64,000 nucleotides of DNA from Neoconidiobolus thromboides FSU 785 (GCA_025603075.1 MU626327.1:33933-97932), one strand, 5' to 3'. Positions 12,201 to 26,151 are shown, counted from the first letter of the stretch. Notes: generated by a model from the sequence alone, not told the origin. Made by a program: numbers and translations.

Positions 12201-13315
12201 TTAAGGAACAGGAGCATCTTTGGGCTTAGGAATCCCTTGTCTTTCACGTTCATCCATAAAATAACGTGCAGATTTACGAAGTCCCTCTTCTATAGTATAG
12301 AGTGGCTCATAACCAAGGAGAGTACGAGCTTTAGTAATGTCAAAATAACGATCGTTAGTAGCATTGGAAACTACAAATGGAGTTAATTTCCAAGGGATAG
12401 GTTTGATGGGTTCCAATAAGTTGATAAAGAAGGTGACTAAGTAAGCAATGAAAAAGGAAACGTAATAAGGTAACACTTTGTAAAAGGAATTTTTAGCTCC
12501 AAAGAATGTTAAAAATTTACGTGCATTATTAAAGAATGGCATTGGGGTACCATTGGTAATAAAAAAAGCTTCTCCTGCTATTTTATCATTTTCGTCCAGT
12601 TTATCAGACGCTAATATATGTGCGTATGCTGCATTTTCAATATAAGTAAAGTCAAATAAGTTGGTATTATCTCCGATGCATATCGAAGCTTGTCCTTTGT
12701 CTAATTGACCTAAAAATCCTGGTAAATTTTGACGATCTCCAGGTCCGAATAATCCACTTAATCTTAAACTGCATGTTTTTAAAGTCGGAGAATTAGCTTT
12801 TAATACCATATCTTCGGCAAGGTACTATCATAACTTTATTAGTTTTAAAACAATAGAATAATTGTTTAATTTACCTTTGTATGAGAATAATCTTCAATAT
12901 GGTTTTTAACCGGTGGAAAACTTTCATTCATATTTCTTATTGGTGATCCATCATATACTACAGAGCATGATGACGAAAATACTAACTTTGGAATGTTCAA
13001 ATCTTGGCAAACTTTGATCACATTTTTCATACCTTCAACGTTCACTTTATGTAAAATTGCTTTTGGCGCATTTGCTAAAGGGGATGCGGTTTGGAAGATG
13101 GTAGTTACTCCTTGACAGGCTTCACTCATAGCATCATAGCTACATAAATCCCCTTTAAAAAATTTGATATCATTGGTATATTCAAGTCTTTTTTCTATGT
13201 CAAATAGCCTTATTTCTATTTCAGGCCTCTCTTTTTTTCTTTCAATTAACTGATTGACTATATGTCTTCCCAAAAAGCCTTCACTTCCAATTACCAAGTA
13301 AATTTCTTTTTCCAT
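12201..13315 (-). CDS. ERG26: C-3 sterol dehydrogenase (NSDHL/Erg26, 3-beta-HSD family), 2 exons
   Basis: Rossmann motif LVIGSEGFLGRHIV, YSHTK|YLAE catalytic YxxxK, LRLSGLFGPGD, FDFTYIENAAYAH, GEAFFITNG. Confidence 0.9.
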
Positions 13316-14050
13316 TTTATAAACTATTTTTGAATAATTCAACAAAGACTAATTCGAAATTAAGCTGTTGTTCAGATTTAGATTTTAGCCAATTAATTTG
13401 AGTGTCTTAAATATTAACTGTTGATTTGTTCTTTTAACATCGTATCATATTTTTAAATATGATTTAAACTTTATGAACTCAACCCTTAAACATTTGATGA
13501 AAAGAAATGAAATAACTAAATAAAAGCTTATTTAATATTTTAAAGCCACCTTTTTATAATTTTTCTTTTGCTTATTAATCTATTACCAAAAAAATATAAC
13601 TATTTTAAACTTAATATACAAAAAATCTCATAATATAAAGATAGGATAGCTTTATAAAGCTTTTGCTTTAATAAAGAAGTAACAAAAGCATCAGAAAATA
13701 ATATATTGATAAATTCATCCAGTACTGATAAAAATTAAAGTTTGTTTTACTCCAAAGTTTGCCACAAATAATAGAATGCTATTATTAAATTGAATCTACT
13801 TTTAGCCATATAAACTTTAATCAAAATCAACTCTTAATTAAGAAATCTGATAAATTAAAGGCCAATAAAAGTAGCAATTTTTGATAAAGTTATATGTTAG
13901 CACTTTTATTGGTTCTTTGGCTCATGGTACTTGGTAAAAAAGCTCATTGAATTTTTAAAACTTTTAGTATTTAATTGGCTATTTAAAACAGGGACCAAAC
14001 ATTTAATAAATAAATTTTAGAATTTTATATCTTTGTTAATTTTGTAAATA

Positions 14051-16437
14051 ATGGAAACGTGTGAAAGAACTTCACCATATAATCCGCATATTGCGCTACA
14101 CGAAAAGGTACTGAATACATAATATGGTTTAGTAAATATTAATTTTATTTCTAGTCCAAAAAAATGGAAGCTGAGAATATTTATCTTACCCAAAAATTAA
14201 ATTATTGTAAAAGACAGTTGGAAAAAGCTGCCGTATTAATTAAAAGGTTGTCTGCTACCCCAGATCCTGGGCCATGTAAACTGCCCCATGGAATGAGCGA
14301 AATCCAAAAAAAAGAATATGAAACAGCTATGAATGAATCAATTAAATATCGTATGGCCTACCGACAAATTACCAATCGATTTGAAGTTCAAACTAAAGAA
14401 TTAAAGGATATGAGAAGCATGGTAAATCAAATTTTAAAAGGTAAAGTGCCAGTCGAAACTTTACTATTTGAAACCCCAAATGAAAAGCAGCTCAAATCAA
14501 ATGTTGAAGGATACAAAAATGATATTGAGAACTTAAAAAGAGTACATGCATTGGAAGTTGATCATTATAAAAATGAGATCACCCAGCTTAATAATGAAGT
14601 CAAAAAATTTAAGCAGAAAGAAAAGAATGTTGAACCAAAAATTATTGAGCTTGAATATAGAGTTCATTTTTATACTAAGCAATTAAACAAAAATAGTAAA
14701 GACATCATGAAATTGAGTGAAAGAATAAAACTCCTTCTTGATGAATCACATCATAAAGATGTAATTATTAAGAGCTTTGAAAAGAAAGTAAATACCATAT
14801 GTCTTGCTCTTGACGGTCTATACAAGAAAGTGATGATTCTTGAAAAGGCGTTACGGGCTTCAGAAGAGGAAAAAGTAGCATTACCAGCTACTAAATTAGT
14901 TGAAAATGTTGTTAATATGGTCGAAAACGAAATTAGATCTACCGAGGATCCAGAAATTCTGAAGAGCGTATTAGCTACTGCAGCTGATAAAATTACTTTG
15001 TTAACGCAAGAAATTGGTAGGTTGAAAGATGAAGCTGATGGAGTTGAAAAAATGAAAGATTTGGCAATCCAGCTTGGTAAAGAAGGTGATGATTTGAAAA
15101 AAGAAATGGTCGAAAGTAAAGACAAGAGAATTAACGAATTACTTGAGAAAATGGAAAGCCTGGAAATTTTAAATAAGGAGCTAGAGGCTAAAAATAGTGA
15201 ATTGGAGGTTAAACGTATCGAACTCGGATCAAGAAGTAATCAAATAATGGATGTATCTTTAAATATTTCTGGACAAGAGGGTGAAGAATCCATAAAAAGC
15301 GTGAAAAAAAGTGATGGTATTACTGATGAAAAGAGAGACTATATTATTGAAGAAATGAAGCAGCAAATCAAGGGACTTGATGGTGATATTGTGTTATTAA
15401 ACAATAAGTTAACCTTTACTGAAGCAAGGAATAAAGAACTTGAAAACAAGTTAGCGAGTACTGAATTAACAGCAATGAGTTTAAGTGAAAAGCTTCAAGA
15501 AATAACCGCTACCTCAACAAGCAATAATACAGAATATAGTCAAAAGATGGAAGAACTCGAGAAAAAGTTTATTCATGCCTTGGAAGCACTCAAAGACACC
15601 GAAGTTGAGTTTGAAGAACTACAAGAGCATACTGAATCTCTTTCTCAAAAGTTAGAGCTTGTTTCAGAGGAAGCATTTGATTATAAATGTCAAGTTTCGT
15701 GCCGAGAATTAGAACTTAGTGGTATGGAAGATAAAATAGCAGTATTGGAGAAAGAAAATGTTTCACTCAAGGAAGAGATTCAAGGTTTAAAGTCAAAGCT
15801 TGATCAATCAAGCAAAAATGTTCATATGACCCTCCAAACTCAAACTGAATCAGATAGTAAGATTGAGGCCTTACAATTAGAACTTAAACAATCCGATCAA
15901 GAATTATTTTTAAGCAAACAAGCTCAGGAAAAACTAAGAGGCGAACTTAATGAATTAAAACGCGAGGTTTCAATAGTCAATGAAACACTAATAAAAAAAG
16001 TAAAGGAAGAACAAGTCATTGAGGCAAAATTAATACAAGCTCAGAAACAAAATAGGAGTTACTCAGAAAAGATCAAAAGTTTACAAGTATTTAACTCTGA
16101 GTTAGCAGCTGAAAAAGAAGAGTTGTGTAGAAATATAATTGGTAAAAACAATACAAATGTATTAGATGAGAACCATCATCTAAAGGAAAGATGTAGTATA
16201 TGGGAAACTAAGAATAAAGAATTAAGAGAAGAAATAACTAAATTAAATAGTAAAGCTCAAGAAGATAAGAAAAAGATTGAAGAATACCAGTGTTTAGAAG
16301 ATGAAATTGAAGAAACTGTAGTTTTCTTAGAGACAAAGAATACGAAGCTTAAAGCTGATTATGAGGAATTGGTTGAGAAGTATGAAAAATTAGAGGCGGA
16401 AAATCAGCGTTTAAATAGCCAACAGGAAGCTCAGTAA
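14051..16437 (+). CDS. Long coiled-coil protein of unknown function (short first exon 14051-14107 plus a long exon)
   Basis: 757-aa E/K/L-rich heptad ORF. The upstream ATG exon METCERTSPYNPHIALHEK is joined by a GT..AG intron. Confidence 0.75.
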
Positions 16438-16573
16438 TTTTTTTAGTATCTGGAATACCTGAAGTAATAGTTTGTAAATTATTTAACTTATTTAAAATAA
16501 AATTTATTATTATTGCATTTTTATTTTTATTTATTTGATAGTTTAGTAGTAAGTTGTTTTATGACTTAAATAT

Positions 16574-16654
16574 GAGGATTTTTTTTAAGAATTTTGTCAA
16601 CTTTTAAAATAATGCTTAAAAAATCGAAAAGTGATGAAACCAAAAGTATATACC
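16574..16654 (+). mobile_element. Sola-like MITE copy (shortened; first of a tandem pair)
   Basis: TSD ATAT/ATAT; the right TSD is shared with the next copy. Confidence 0.75.
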
Positions 16655-16658
16655 ATAT

Positions 16659-16753
16659 GGAGATGTATTTTTTGTTTAAGAATTTTAATACAATCTTTCC
16701 ACTTAAATAGTGCTTAAAAAATGGAAAAATAATGAAACTAGAAAAACACCCCC
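16659..16753 (+). mobile_element. Sola-like MITE copy (second of a tandem pair)
   Basis: GGAGATGT..ACACCCCC; TSD ATAT/ATAT. Confidence 0.85.
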
Positions 16754-17549
16754 ATATATTTTATTTTAACTAAATAAAAAGTCAAAAATTTTTACAATAG
16801 AATATCTTTAAGAAAAATAATTACTTTTTTCATTAATAAGATCATACTATACTAAAATTTTGATACATTGTTTAAATATGGATGTGTAGTACATAAAACA
16901 TAAATATGATAACGTTATTTTTAAATGTATTATTTGACACATTAATTATAAACTCTAAGAAGAAAGCATACAAACTAATAAAGATTTGATGATAAAACAG
17001 TAACATAATAAAGACAATTTTATTTAAACTAAAAAATAAAAAAGCAACTTGATTATTTTAATATCCAATACTAATTTGGTAATTTATCAATATTGTTATT
17101 ATAGTCGCTTTTATTACAATGAACTTAAATGTAATTATGGAATTATAGCTAAGTCTATGCTAAGAATTATTTATAATATAATATAGGTCCAAATAAAGGT
17201 GACTTTTATCTGTTATAAATGACAATATAGAGAAACCTTAATAGTGAAAATTTAAAACCTAGTTTATAACCTGATGGTTTTATATTTTGTTACAAGTATA
17301 CATGTAACTGTTGAAAGCTTTGGCATCATTAGCTCAAAAAACAATTAAACGATCTTGTATACAAAGTTAACATCCAAAAGTAATAAACAAGTATCGTAGT
17401 CCTTGTATTGAAAATATGTATAAAATCATAAATACTTTAAGTTTAAAATTTAATCGTAAAACCCTTCTAGAAGGTAAAAGTAAATAGCTTACTTTGTAAA
17501 TTAGCTGTGATGAAAATTTGTTAACTATATGAATAACATTGTAATGAGA

Positions 17550-19256
17550 TTATAAAGAAAGACAATAAGGATCTGGAAGTGGGGAATGAGTTAAATAGGA
17601 TTTGATTTTTTCAAAAGCAAATTTGGAGTCTCTAAAACCATACATTGAGTTTATTGATAATTTTAAGAATCTTATAAGATTTGATAAACTTTTATAAATA
17701 ACATTATTATCTTCTTTAGTTAAGAAATCATTTGCTAATAAATTAATTGAAAAGTAGACTAAAGGAATAAAATCCTCGGAATCTAATCCTATTTGGTAAT
17801 AAATATCCTTCTTTAAGTGTTTTTGTTGAATTACCAAGTCAAGTAGCTTCCATATATTTACAGCGTTGTCATACATTTTGTAGCAGTAACCTCTGGAAGG
17901 CAATTTATGGAATTGAGGCGACAAAATTATTATAGGGTCTAATAATAACAACTTGCATGTATTTAAAATGCTATAAGCACAGCTGTTAAAAAAGTGATTA
18001 GAGAATATCCTTATCCCATATTTTTTAAACTCATAAGCTTGAAATCGAGTAGCTAATTCATATATTTTATATTCTTTTGGAGTCGATTGAACTGTTTTAT
18101 CTATTTCATTTATTAGGTCATTTCTGTAACTATTTTCCTCATAAAAAATGGTTGAATTTACAATCTCACTTTTTGTAATGTTCTTTATTATTTTATCTTT
18201 ATAATAGCCTAAAAACCTACACGTTTCCATTTCTATCCAAACTATATGTGCATAGTAGGAAGATTGGGAATTGTATCCTATAGTTGAATCCAATAGCTTG
18301 CTATTTAAAAATAAAGTAATATCCTCTACAATTACAATATCCTCAGCTGAATTCCTTGCCACTGTTGGAGCACAAAGCACCTTTTTGTTTACATGCATAA
18401 ACTGTTGATTCTGGTCTAATTTTAATTCATTTGGCTGGCACCATTTAATAAAAACATAAAACAAATCAATAATTTCCCATAACTTTTCTTTCCATTTCCC
18501 ATCAACTTTATTATTTTGCTTTTCAATTCCATTTTTCATTTGAATTGCACAATCAATATATATTGAAGCTGTTGCCCTTTGATTGCTATAAAAATATTCT
18601 GCAATAAGCAATGTAATTGCTGTGAGGTTTTCTAGGCAAGGCTGATCTATACCATCACTCAATAGTTGATCAAAATTATTTAGTTGATAGTTTAATAACA
18701 AACTAAGCTCATTATCTGAAAATCTTATGATCTTATTAAATGTTTGAAACAGCATTAGCTTCAATAATGACTTATTACTACTTTTTAATATATCCACTAG
18801 GCATTCTTTATCTATCCAATAGCCCTCAGGATCAATTCTAGTGTAATATACATCTATAAAGCAATTAAACAACTGACTCGGGTTTATTCCGTTTGCCAAC
18901 ATTGATGACACTTTTAAGTCGCTTGCCGGATTATAATTGATAAGTGAAAACAAACTGGATGGAAGATCATGACATTTTGTTAGATTGTTGAAGATCAATA
19001 CTCCACGCTCAACTTCTTCCCAAAAGTCATGATTTTCTTTTTTAGCAATTAACCTTCCCCCTTTCCTTCTTCTCATTATATGCTTTAACTCTAGTACTTT
19101 CTTTTGCTTTTGAAATAAATATATCATCCATTTCAAGTAGTTTGTTAGTAAGCGCTGTTTAATTTTATCAGACTGGTTGTTGATTTTGTATAATGTACAT
19201 ATAAGCTCGTTTTGCAGTAAATTTATTTGCTTATTCGCGTTATCTTTATAAGACAT
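17550..19256 (-). CDS. Divergent fungal transcription-factor middle homology region (Fungal_trans/MHR)-like protein without a Zn2Cys6 cluster
   Basis: Intronless 568 aa. Segments YYTRIDPEGYWID, PCLENLTAITLL, ATASIYIDCAIQM and EKLWEII occur in MHR motif order; no CX2CX6C cluster is present. Confidence 0.55.
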   Translation of the reverse strand: MSYKDNANKQINLLQNELICTLYKINNQSDKIKQRLLTNYLKWMIYLFQKQKKVLELKHIMRRRKGGRLIAKKENHDFWEEVERGVLIFNNLTKCHDLPSSLFSLINYNPASDLKVSSMLANGINPSQLFNCFIDVYYTRIDPEGYWIDKECLVDILKSSNKSLLKLMLFQTFNKIIRFSDNELSLLLNYQLNNFDQLLSDGIDQPCLENLTAITLLIAEYFYSNQRATASIYIDCAIQMKNGIEKQNNKVDGKWKEKLWEIIDLFYVFIKWCQPNELKLDQNQQFMHVNKKVLCAPTVARNSAEDIVIVEDITLFLNSKLLDSTIGYNSQSSYYAHIVWIEMETCRFLGYYKDKIIKNITKSEIVNSTIFYEENSYRNDLINEIDKTVQSTPKEYKIYELATRFQAYEFKKYGIRIFSNHFFNSCAYSILNTCKLLLLDPIIILSPQFHKLPSRGYCYKMYDNAVNIWKLLDLVIQQKHLKKDIYYQIGLDSEDFIPLVYFSINLLANDFLTKEDNNVIYKSLSNLIRFLKLSINSMYGFRDSKFAFEKIKSYLTHSPLPDPYCLSL

Positions 19257-19671
19257 ATTTACTATTATGTTTCAGTATAGGAAATAAAAGTTAATTGTAC
19301 ATTTCTAATTTATAAATAGGAGTAAAGGTTGGTCAAAGAAATTAGAAAGTTTATGATTCAAAACCAATTAATTCGAAATTTCGGGTCCAAATTAAAAGTA
19401 TCCCACCAAAGTTTGTACAAATTTATCTTGATTTACTAGCTTAATAAAACCCAATCTAAGTAACCTTTATATAACTTTATATCAAGTGACACAGATGAAT
19501 ACAACCAAGCTTTGGAGTACATGATACTATCTAATAGATTAAATCAGTGTCTTAAAAGTAAGAGGTTTTGCTATTAACAGTTATTACCACTTAAAACATT
19601 TAAAATAAAGCAGTTATATTATAAGCATGTTTAAAGTATTTTCTTGAATTATTAAATTTTATTTAGCATAC

Positions 19672-19769
19672 AGGGATGGATCTTTTTGTTTGGGAGTTTT
19701 ACTAACAACCTTCCTACTTAAATAGCGCTTAAAAAATGGGAAAAATGATGAAATCAGTAAAACACCCCT
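19672..19769 (+). mobile_element. Sola-like MITE copy
   Basis: Core matches the family; flanks ATAC/ATAT. Confidence 0.8.
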
Positions 19770-20123
19770 ATATTATTCAACTATGGTTTTTTGAACAATA
19801 GGTATAAAAAACTATATACCGAACTTTAAACATTATTTTTATCTAACGCTTTAATATCAAGACATAATCCAATTTAAAAGTATCTTATAAGTAATTCAAT
19901 ATATAAACTTAATTACCATCTCATTTATATTCTGCTATTTCTCAACCATGACTTATTATATATATACAAATTTATATTTGAAAGACAAGTGAAGTTTTAT
20001 TTCCTGAGCTGTACAATAAGCACTCTATTTTTTAAATACTCTTTACTCAAAAACAACGGAAGTGATTAAATGTATAAAATATGAAACTCCAATTCAATAA
20101 AAATGTTTAATCTAAAACTGATA

Positions 20124-21310
20124 TTAAGCTCTTTTATTCTTACCATCTCTTGAAGAATATTTGCCATAGTTTTTTTCTGGATCAAACACCTCCCAACGAG
20201 AAGCTGGAAATATATGTTTGTTTTTTTCATACCATGACTTTTCCATAACTTTACCGGCATGAGTCTAACAAAATAGTTAATATTAAATGAATCCAAATAT
20301 TTTGTCCTTACTTCTTGGGTCTCAATACTTGCATCAAACACTAATCTTACATCTTCCTGCACATCAAAGTTAAATAATGGCCCACATTTACCTCGAGCTT
20401 TATTTATAATAAAATCATAGAACGTATAATGCTAAAAATCGTTAATCTTAAGACATACAATAGTAATTGATTTACATGTGGAATAATAATATCTTCTTTA
20501 ACAAACAGCATATTATCGGTATGAACTCCTCTTAACTCATGTACCTGTAATCGACATTTTTCTAAAAACTTCGCTATGCTGTCTCCTTTTTTGCACTTTA
20601 TAAAAAATGAATAACTAACATATAAATAAATCATCATGACAAACCTCAACTTGATAACGGTGTCCAGAACCATCCCAATAAGAATATGTTACAGTTATCA
20701 TTTCCTCTTTCAGTTCTTCTTGCCTTTGCAACCATTCGGTTTTAAACTGTTCTTTTAACCTTATTTCTTCTTCTTCTCTTTCTTTATCAGGTAAAAATGA
20801 AGTATCAACTGTTGGATCCTTGCCAAATTTTTTAACTTTTCCTGTTTCCTCTAATATAATTTTAATTTTTGTAACTATTATTAAATATTAATCATTTACC
20901 TTGGCTATCTCCTCCTTCCTCTTCGTCCTCAAATGAAAAAGACAAAGTATTACCAACGCTCTTTTTCTTCTTCTTATTTTTACTTTAAGTTACATTAGTC
21001 CATTTCCTTTTATTTTTTTGAATTAGGATTACCTTGATTTTTTACTTATTAATCCTGACTTAGAATTCCTTTCCAGTTCATTTTTAATCCTTTTGAAATC
21101 TTCTAGTTTATATAATCCTACTGTGCTTCTTTTTAAATGATTTTCTATCGTTTCTACTTCTGTAACAAACTTATCAGCTCCTATCTTAACTTTATTATCC
21201 AATTCAATCTGTCTCTTTTGACTCTCAAATTCACTCAACATATCCGCTCTTTTCTTCTCCATTATCGCTTGACGATTACTTTCTGCTAGTCCGTTTAAAT
21301 GATCCGACAT
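20124..21310 (-). CDS. XAP5: XAP5/FAM50 family nuclear protein, multi-exon
   Basis: N-terminal [26 protein letters not shown]; C-terminal [25 protein letters not shown] and [21 protein letters not shown]. The exact stop is uncertain. Confidence 0.9.
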
Positions 21311-21698
21311 TTATTACTATTATTTTATTTATGAGTTAAAAATGTGTTTTAAGTTTGGATAACAGTGAGTTACAAAAATTGTATTAATTCATTCAAAAAT
21401 ACTTGCCCATTCAGCTCAATTCAAAAATTGGGTTTTTATAAAGATTATCGCCCAAATTTTTATTTAGTCACTGTTTTAAAACAGTTGGCAGTACGAAACC
21501 GAAATTTTTATTTTTAGCTGTTCGAATTCTTATAAGTAGTTTGGGGCAACTTCTACAGTTGAGTTATTTGTTTAAACTGTTTTTTAATATCTAATCCTTA
21601 TATTTTGGCAGAGTTTATTCATAGCTTTACTCCTAAATGTATGGCTAAAAATTTCGAAAAAGAATTGGAACAATGTATCACAAAGAAGCATAAAAAAG

Positions 21699-21738
21699 AT
21701 CAATAAAATCAATAAAATCAATAAAATCAATAAGATCA
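21699..21738 (+). repeat. (ATCAATAAA)x4 tandem repeat
   Basis: Read directly. Confidence 0.85.
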
Positions 21739-22312
21739 AAGCTGAGAATAAATTAGGAGGAATTGTGATTTTAATTCTGTCAATACTTTTTTAAGAATTT
21801 TGATTGAAAAATTCTCCATGAAATGCAAGAGCAAGAGTTGTTCCCTTGACAAATAAAACCTTGAGTTTTTAGATGAGTAGAAGCCTATTTTTCAACGACT
21901 TTAAATTTGGGCTTTTTTAACTTTTAACGTTGAGTTTTTAATTTTAAAGCCAAAAATTTAAAATTTAATGAAATTTTAACCCTTTATTAACTCTATGATT
22001 ATCCCGAAGATTATTTATGCTTACCTCTCCCCTCTATTCCGCTCCTTATTCTTCTATTCCTTCATTTTATTAATTTAATAAATTGGTTATGGAAAATAAA
22101 CATCCGAATTAATTCTATTCATAATAGTATAATTAAACTTTAATATATCTATATTTAAAATATAAAATAATATGGCTATTTGTTAATTAAATACCATTAT
22201 TATAATAAAAATAGTACTTAAAAAATAATTTATTAAACTGCAAAAACTTAAAGTTACCAATTTACTTAGATTAAGGGAGAAGAAGTAAATAGTAAATTAA
22301 ATAATCGACAAC

Positions 22313-23876
22313 TCAGTTATAATACCCATAATAACAGTCATCTTCACTTTCCTCCATAGAATGCCATTGGTGTTCTCTGTAAGCTAACACACGTTTTCTT
22401 TCTTCAAATGATTGATAATCTGTACCAATAAATGGCTCTGAAATCATACTGTCCTTATTATCATAACAATGTATAAAAGGATGTTTCAGTAGTTCAGTAG
22501 CACTAGATCTATCTTTGGGATCCGTGTGCAACATGTGCATTAGAAAATCAGCTGCCATATAAACTACTGATGGGGTATCACTAGAATTATGACTACTTGT
22601 TAGGGATCCGGTGGAGTGGTTATGATGTGAAAAGATAGAGTGACTAGGAGAATGGAAATGGGCCAAAAAGCTTTTTAGATGGGAAATAACACTTTCCGTA
22701 GTACTACTTCTAACCATATTACCACCCAAGTATTGTAGATCACAACCAGCGATATAGTGCTCTAACATAGTACCAATTATGATTCCCGCACTATAAATAT
22801 CGATTTTGGGGGTGCATAACGAATCCGTTTCAAAAACTTCAGGAGCGATGAAACCTAGATAAATGATTAGATTTCTAAATATCGAACAACCAGTAATCTT
22901 ACCTGGCGTGCCACATGATGGACAAAGAATTTTGCCATCACTAAATGTTGACAAACCAAAATCTATTAGAACTAAGTCACCATTTTCATCCGACATAAGA
23001 TTACTAGGTGTAATATCCATATGAACAATTTGAGCTTTGTGGATGCCTTCAAGTGCCTAAAAATTAGTTAGTAAAAATAAATGATATCTTTAATCAACTA
23101 CTCACTTCTAATAATTGTTTTGAATATTTTGCAACGGTTACTAAATCTATTTTCTCAAGCTTTAAAGGCTTAAGTACAGGTAATACTAAAACTTGGTGAC
23201 CTTGATTGTCAGTAAAGGTATCTAACAATTGCACCACATGAGGTAAACCATGAACTGAGTTTAAGAACAAAAGTTCACGTTCAGCGTCTTTAATATTATA
23301 CACTGTCTTAAAGGCAAGAGGTGAAAAATCACTTGCGCTAACTCCAAACTCGACTTTGGACATAGTTGTCTAAATAAAGATAGTTAATAAATATATATTT
23401 GATAAGGTCATAATAATCCTACCTCACGCATTGGAATAGTTTCATTAATAATGTAATCTTTTTTATGAGCTGATATTCGACGCTCGCAAGGAGCTAAATA
23501 GGCGTCAGATGTAATATACTCATTTTTTGTTTCATCTGATGGAGTAGGGATGCCTGCAGATGAAGAAGAGATATCTTCTAAATAAACTGGTTAGCATATG
23601 TGCTATTTTTTATTCAATTAATCCAAAACCCCAAAATAAAGTATTAACTTAAATTGAGTCTGGTTTAAGTAAAAGAGGTAAATTACCATCTGAATCCTCC
23701 TTGGCTGATAAGGGGGCAATCACAGATGGTATCCTTTTACGAGGACAATCCTTACTTAAATTACATTTGTCATCAGAACGAGATATCATAATTGGAGAAC
23801 ATATTGTTTTTGAACGAAATTCTTTTTTAAATAAAGAGTTCATCATACTGTAGTTTGATTTAGAGATAAGATTCAT
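22313..23876 (-). CDS. Protein kinase-fold protein with atypical Gly-loop and catalytic loop, multi-exon
   Basis: AFK (beta3 Lys), ERE (alphaC), HMDITPSN, DFG and CGTPG|FIAPE. The last motif is restored by splicing a 48-nt in-frame GT-AG intron at 22855-22902 that the ORF track reads through. Confidence 0.85.
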
Positions 23877-26054
23877 TAGTTGTGAATTTGAAATAAAGCT
23901 ATTGATTTTATAACTGTTGATAAGATATTAACAAATAGGTAAGATTGATTGGAGTAAATAGTTAAATGAATTCTAATATTGTAAAAAATAATGTGAAAAA
24001 AGGGAATGAGTCACAAATTTATGGGTTTAAGCTGCCAGCTTAAAGGCCTAGTGTTAAGAATTAAAATGTTATCACAAATATATTTTTAGTTAATTTTTAT
24101 TTAGCTTATGGGGATTTAGATGGTTGTTTGAAATAAATTTATTACTTTTTAACACTCGCTAAACCCTTTTGATTGGTTAAATTTGAAAATTATCCTAAAA
24201 CTGTAATAAATTTGATAAGGGTTTAGACGCTTAAAGAAGAATGATCGAAAGATTAGCCAAATCTTCTATATTTAGTATCCCAACTAAGTTTTTTGGCTTT
24301 AAAAGACCATTTTTCTAATATTAAATCAATATATAATATTTATGACATCATCCTTGCCCAATAGATAGCCACTAAATGGACTATTCTTCAAATGAACTCT
24401 TTTAAGGCCTAAAATATTACTTTAACAAGAACTTGATTATAGGCTTAATTTAAACTAATCAATCAAAGCTTCCAACTAATTTTCAAACTGATTTTAATTG
24501 ATACCCCACTTTTTTCATTTCAATGAAATGTTGGGTGATCACTTTGTTTAATAGATAAAGACTAGCCAATAGAATCTATAACCTTTATCTATAAAGCTAT
24601 GCTTTTCATATGCCATATGCATTTTATATCACGATATATGTTTAGGGCTTTTCTGAGGTTTTCTTTTTTCACTTAATTTTCTTTTCTTATCAGTAAGATG
24701 TAAAGTCAGGCTTTAAAAATACCATCTAATCAATTAAGGATAAGCATATTTATGAAATTTGATTGGCTTTATTTTATATATGATGAATTTTTTAGCTTGA
24801 ATGAAGTTGGAATAGAAATGATTAAAAATTATATTTTATTGGTAGACTTCAAATCAAAATTTCTTAATATACTAAATAAAGGATGCTAAAATAATACGAG
24901 TAAAGCTATTAAATTTTATTAATAAAACTATTGTAAATAAATTAGCCTAATAATCGTTAATGGTATAATACATAATGAAACTAAATATACTATGATATAT
25001 ATATTAAATATATAATATAAAGGCTCTAACAATGCCAATTAAATAGACTCGATTTCTTTTCGATAAACTCAGCTATATCAAATGATTTACTATTATTCCC
25101 TTATCAAAGTTTAGGATAATTCAATCCCATGTTATTTATTACAGCTACGTAATGTCATAATCCCCTATTTAATGAAATCGTATTTTGTAATATAATTTCA
25201 TTCGTCTTATTCTGCCTATTTATGTATAAGTTACTTTCACTAATCAAGTAACTTTTCGACATAAGTAAAACTTGAATAATATTTCGAATTAATGTGACTG
25301 TTTTTATCTGAATTTGTTTTGATAGATAAAAAAATAATATATTGTACTTTAACCAAATAGTTATTTGTTAGATAATGTCTAGTATATTTAAATGTATTTT
25401 GTACTTAATATGGTCGGAACCTTTTTAAGTTACTTGACAAATTAATAGAATGAACCTTAAATTTTATAAACTTACCTTTTCTCAGATTGATTTCCCTGTA
25501 TTGCGAAACTTCAACCTCGCTACTAGAAATTTGATTTGTTCTTTAATACTCCTTCTGATTCTAAATAACTGTCATGTTTATTAATTGAAAATTTAGAATA
25601 ACTGTCATACCTTCAAACTTTTGAGAAGGATTTCTTAATTAAGTAATTTTAGTGTTAAATTGGATTTTAATCCAGAAAAATTATAATATTATGTTATAAT
25701 TTTATGGTTACTTAACTTATTTGAAATTGAAACTATGTTATTTAAATCATCTATAGCACAAAAGCTATTATTTTTTTATTTAATGTAAATATAAATTTTA
25801 ACTTTAAGATTATTTTTAATGGTTTTATTATGTAAATTTTTTATAATTTAGTAAATTTAGTATTATTTATGATTATATTAATTTTCTAGTAAAAATTAAT
25901 AAAATAACTATAATTCAAATATCTTAAATAAATACTAAATCAATAGTATACAACTGCCACATAATAAAATAAAGTTTATTAGACAATTAGCTAGTTTAAG
26001 TTAAATTTTATTTAAAATAACAGCATTTATAAAATCAACGTTATTTAAATAAAT

Positions 26055-26151
26055 GGGGATGTTTTTTTTGGTTTCATTACTTTTCTGTCTCTTAAGCACT
26101 ATTTGAGTAGAAGATTGTTGACAAAATTCTTAAACAAAAAAATACATCCCC
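26055..26151 (-). mobile_element. Sola-like MITE copy
   Basis: GGGGATGT..ACATCCCC; TSD AAAT/AAAT. Confidence 0.88.

Noticed and set aside
13845-13853. Isolated ATCWGATAR matches (7726, 13845, 46333)
   Set aside because: About five to six matches are expected by chance in 64 kb at this base composition; only the cluster at 37641-37853 stands out.
22855-22902. Apparent 16-aa insertion KITGCSIFRNLIIYLG in the kinase activation segment
   Set aside because: It is a 48-nt GTAAGA..CTAG intron without a stop codon; splicing restores CGTPGFIAPE.
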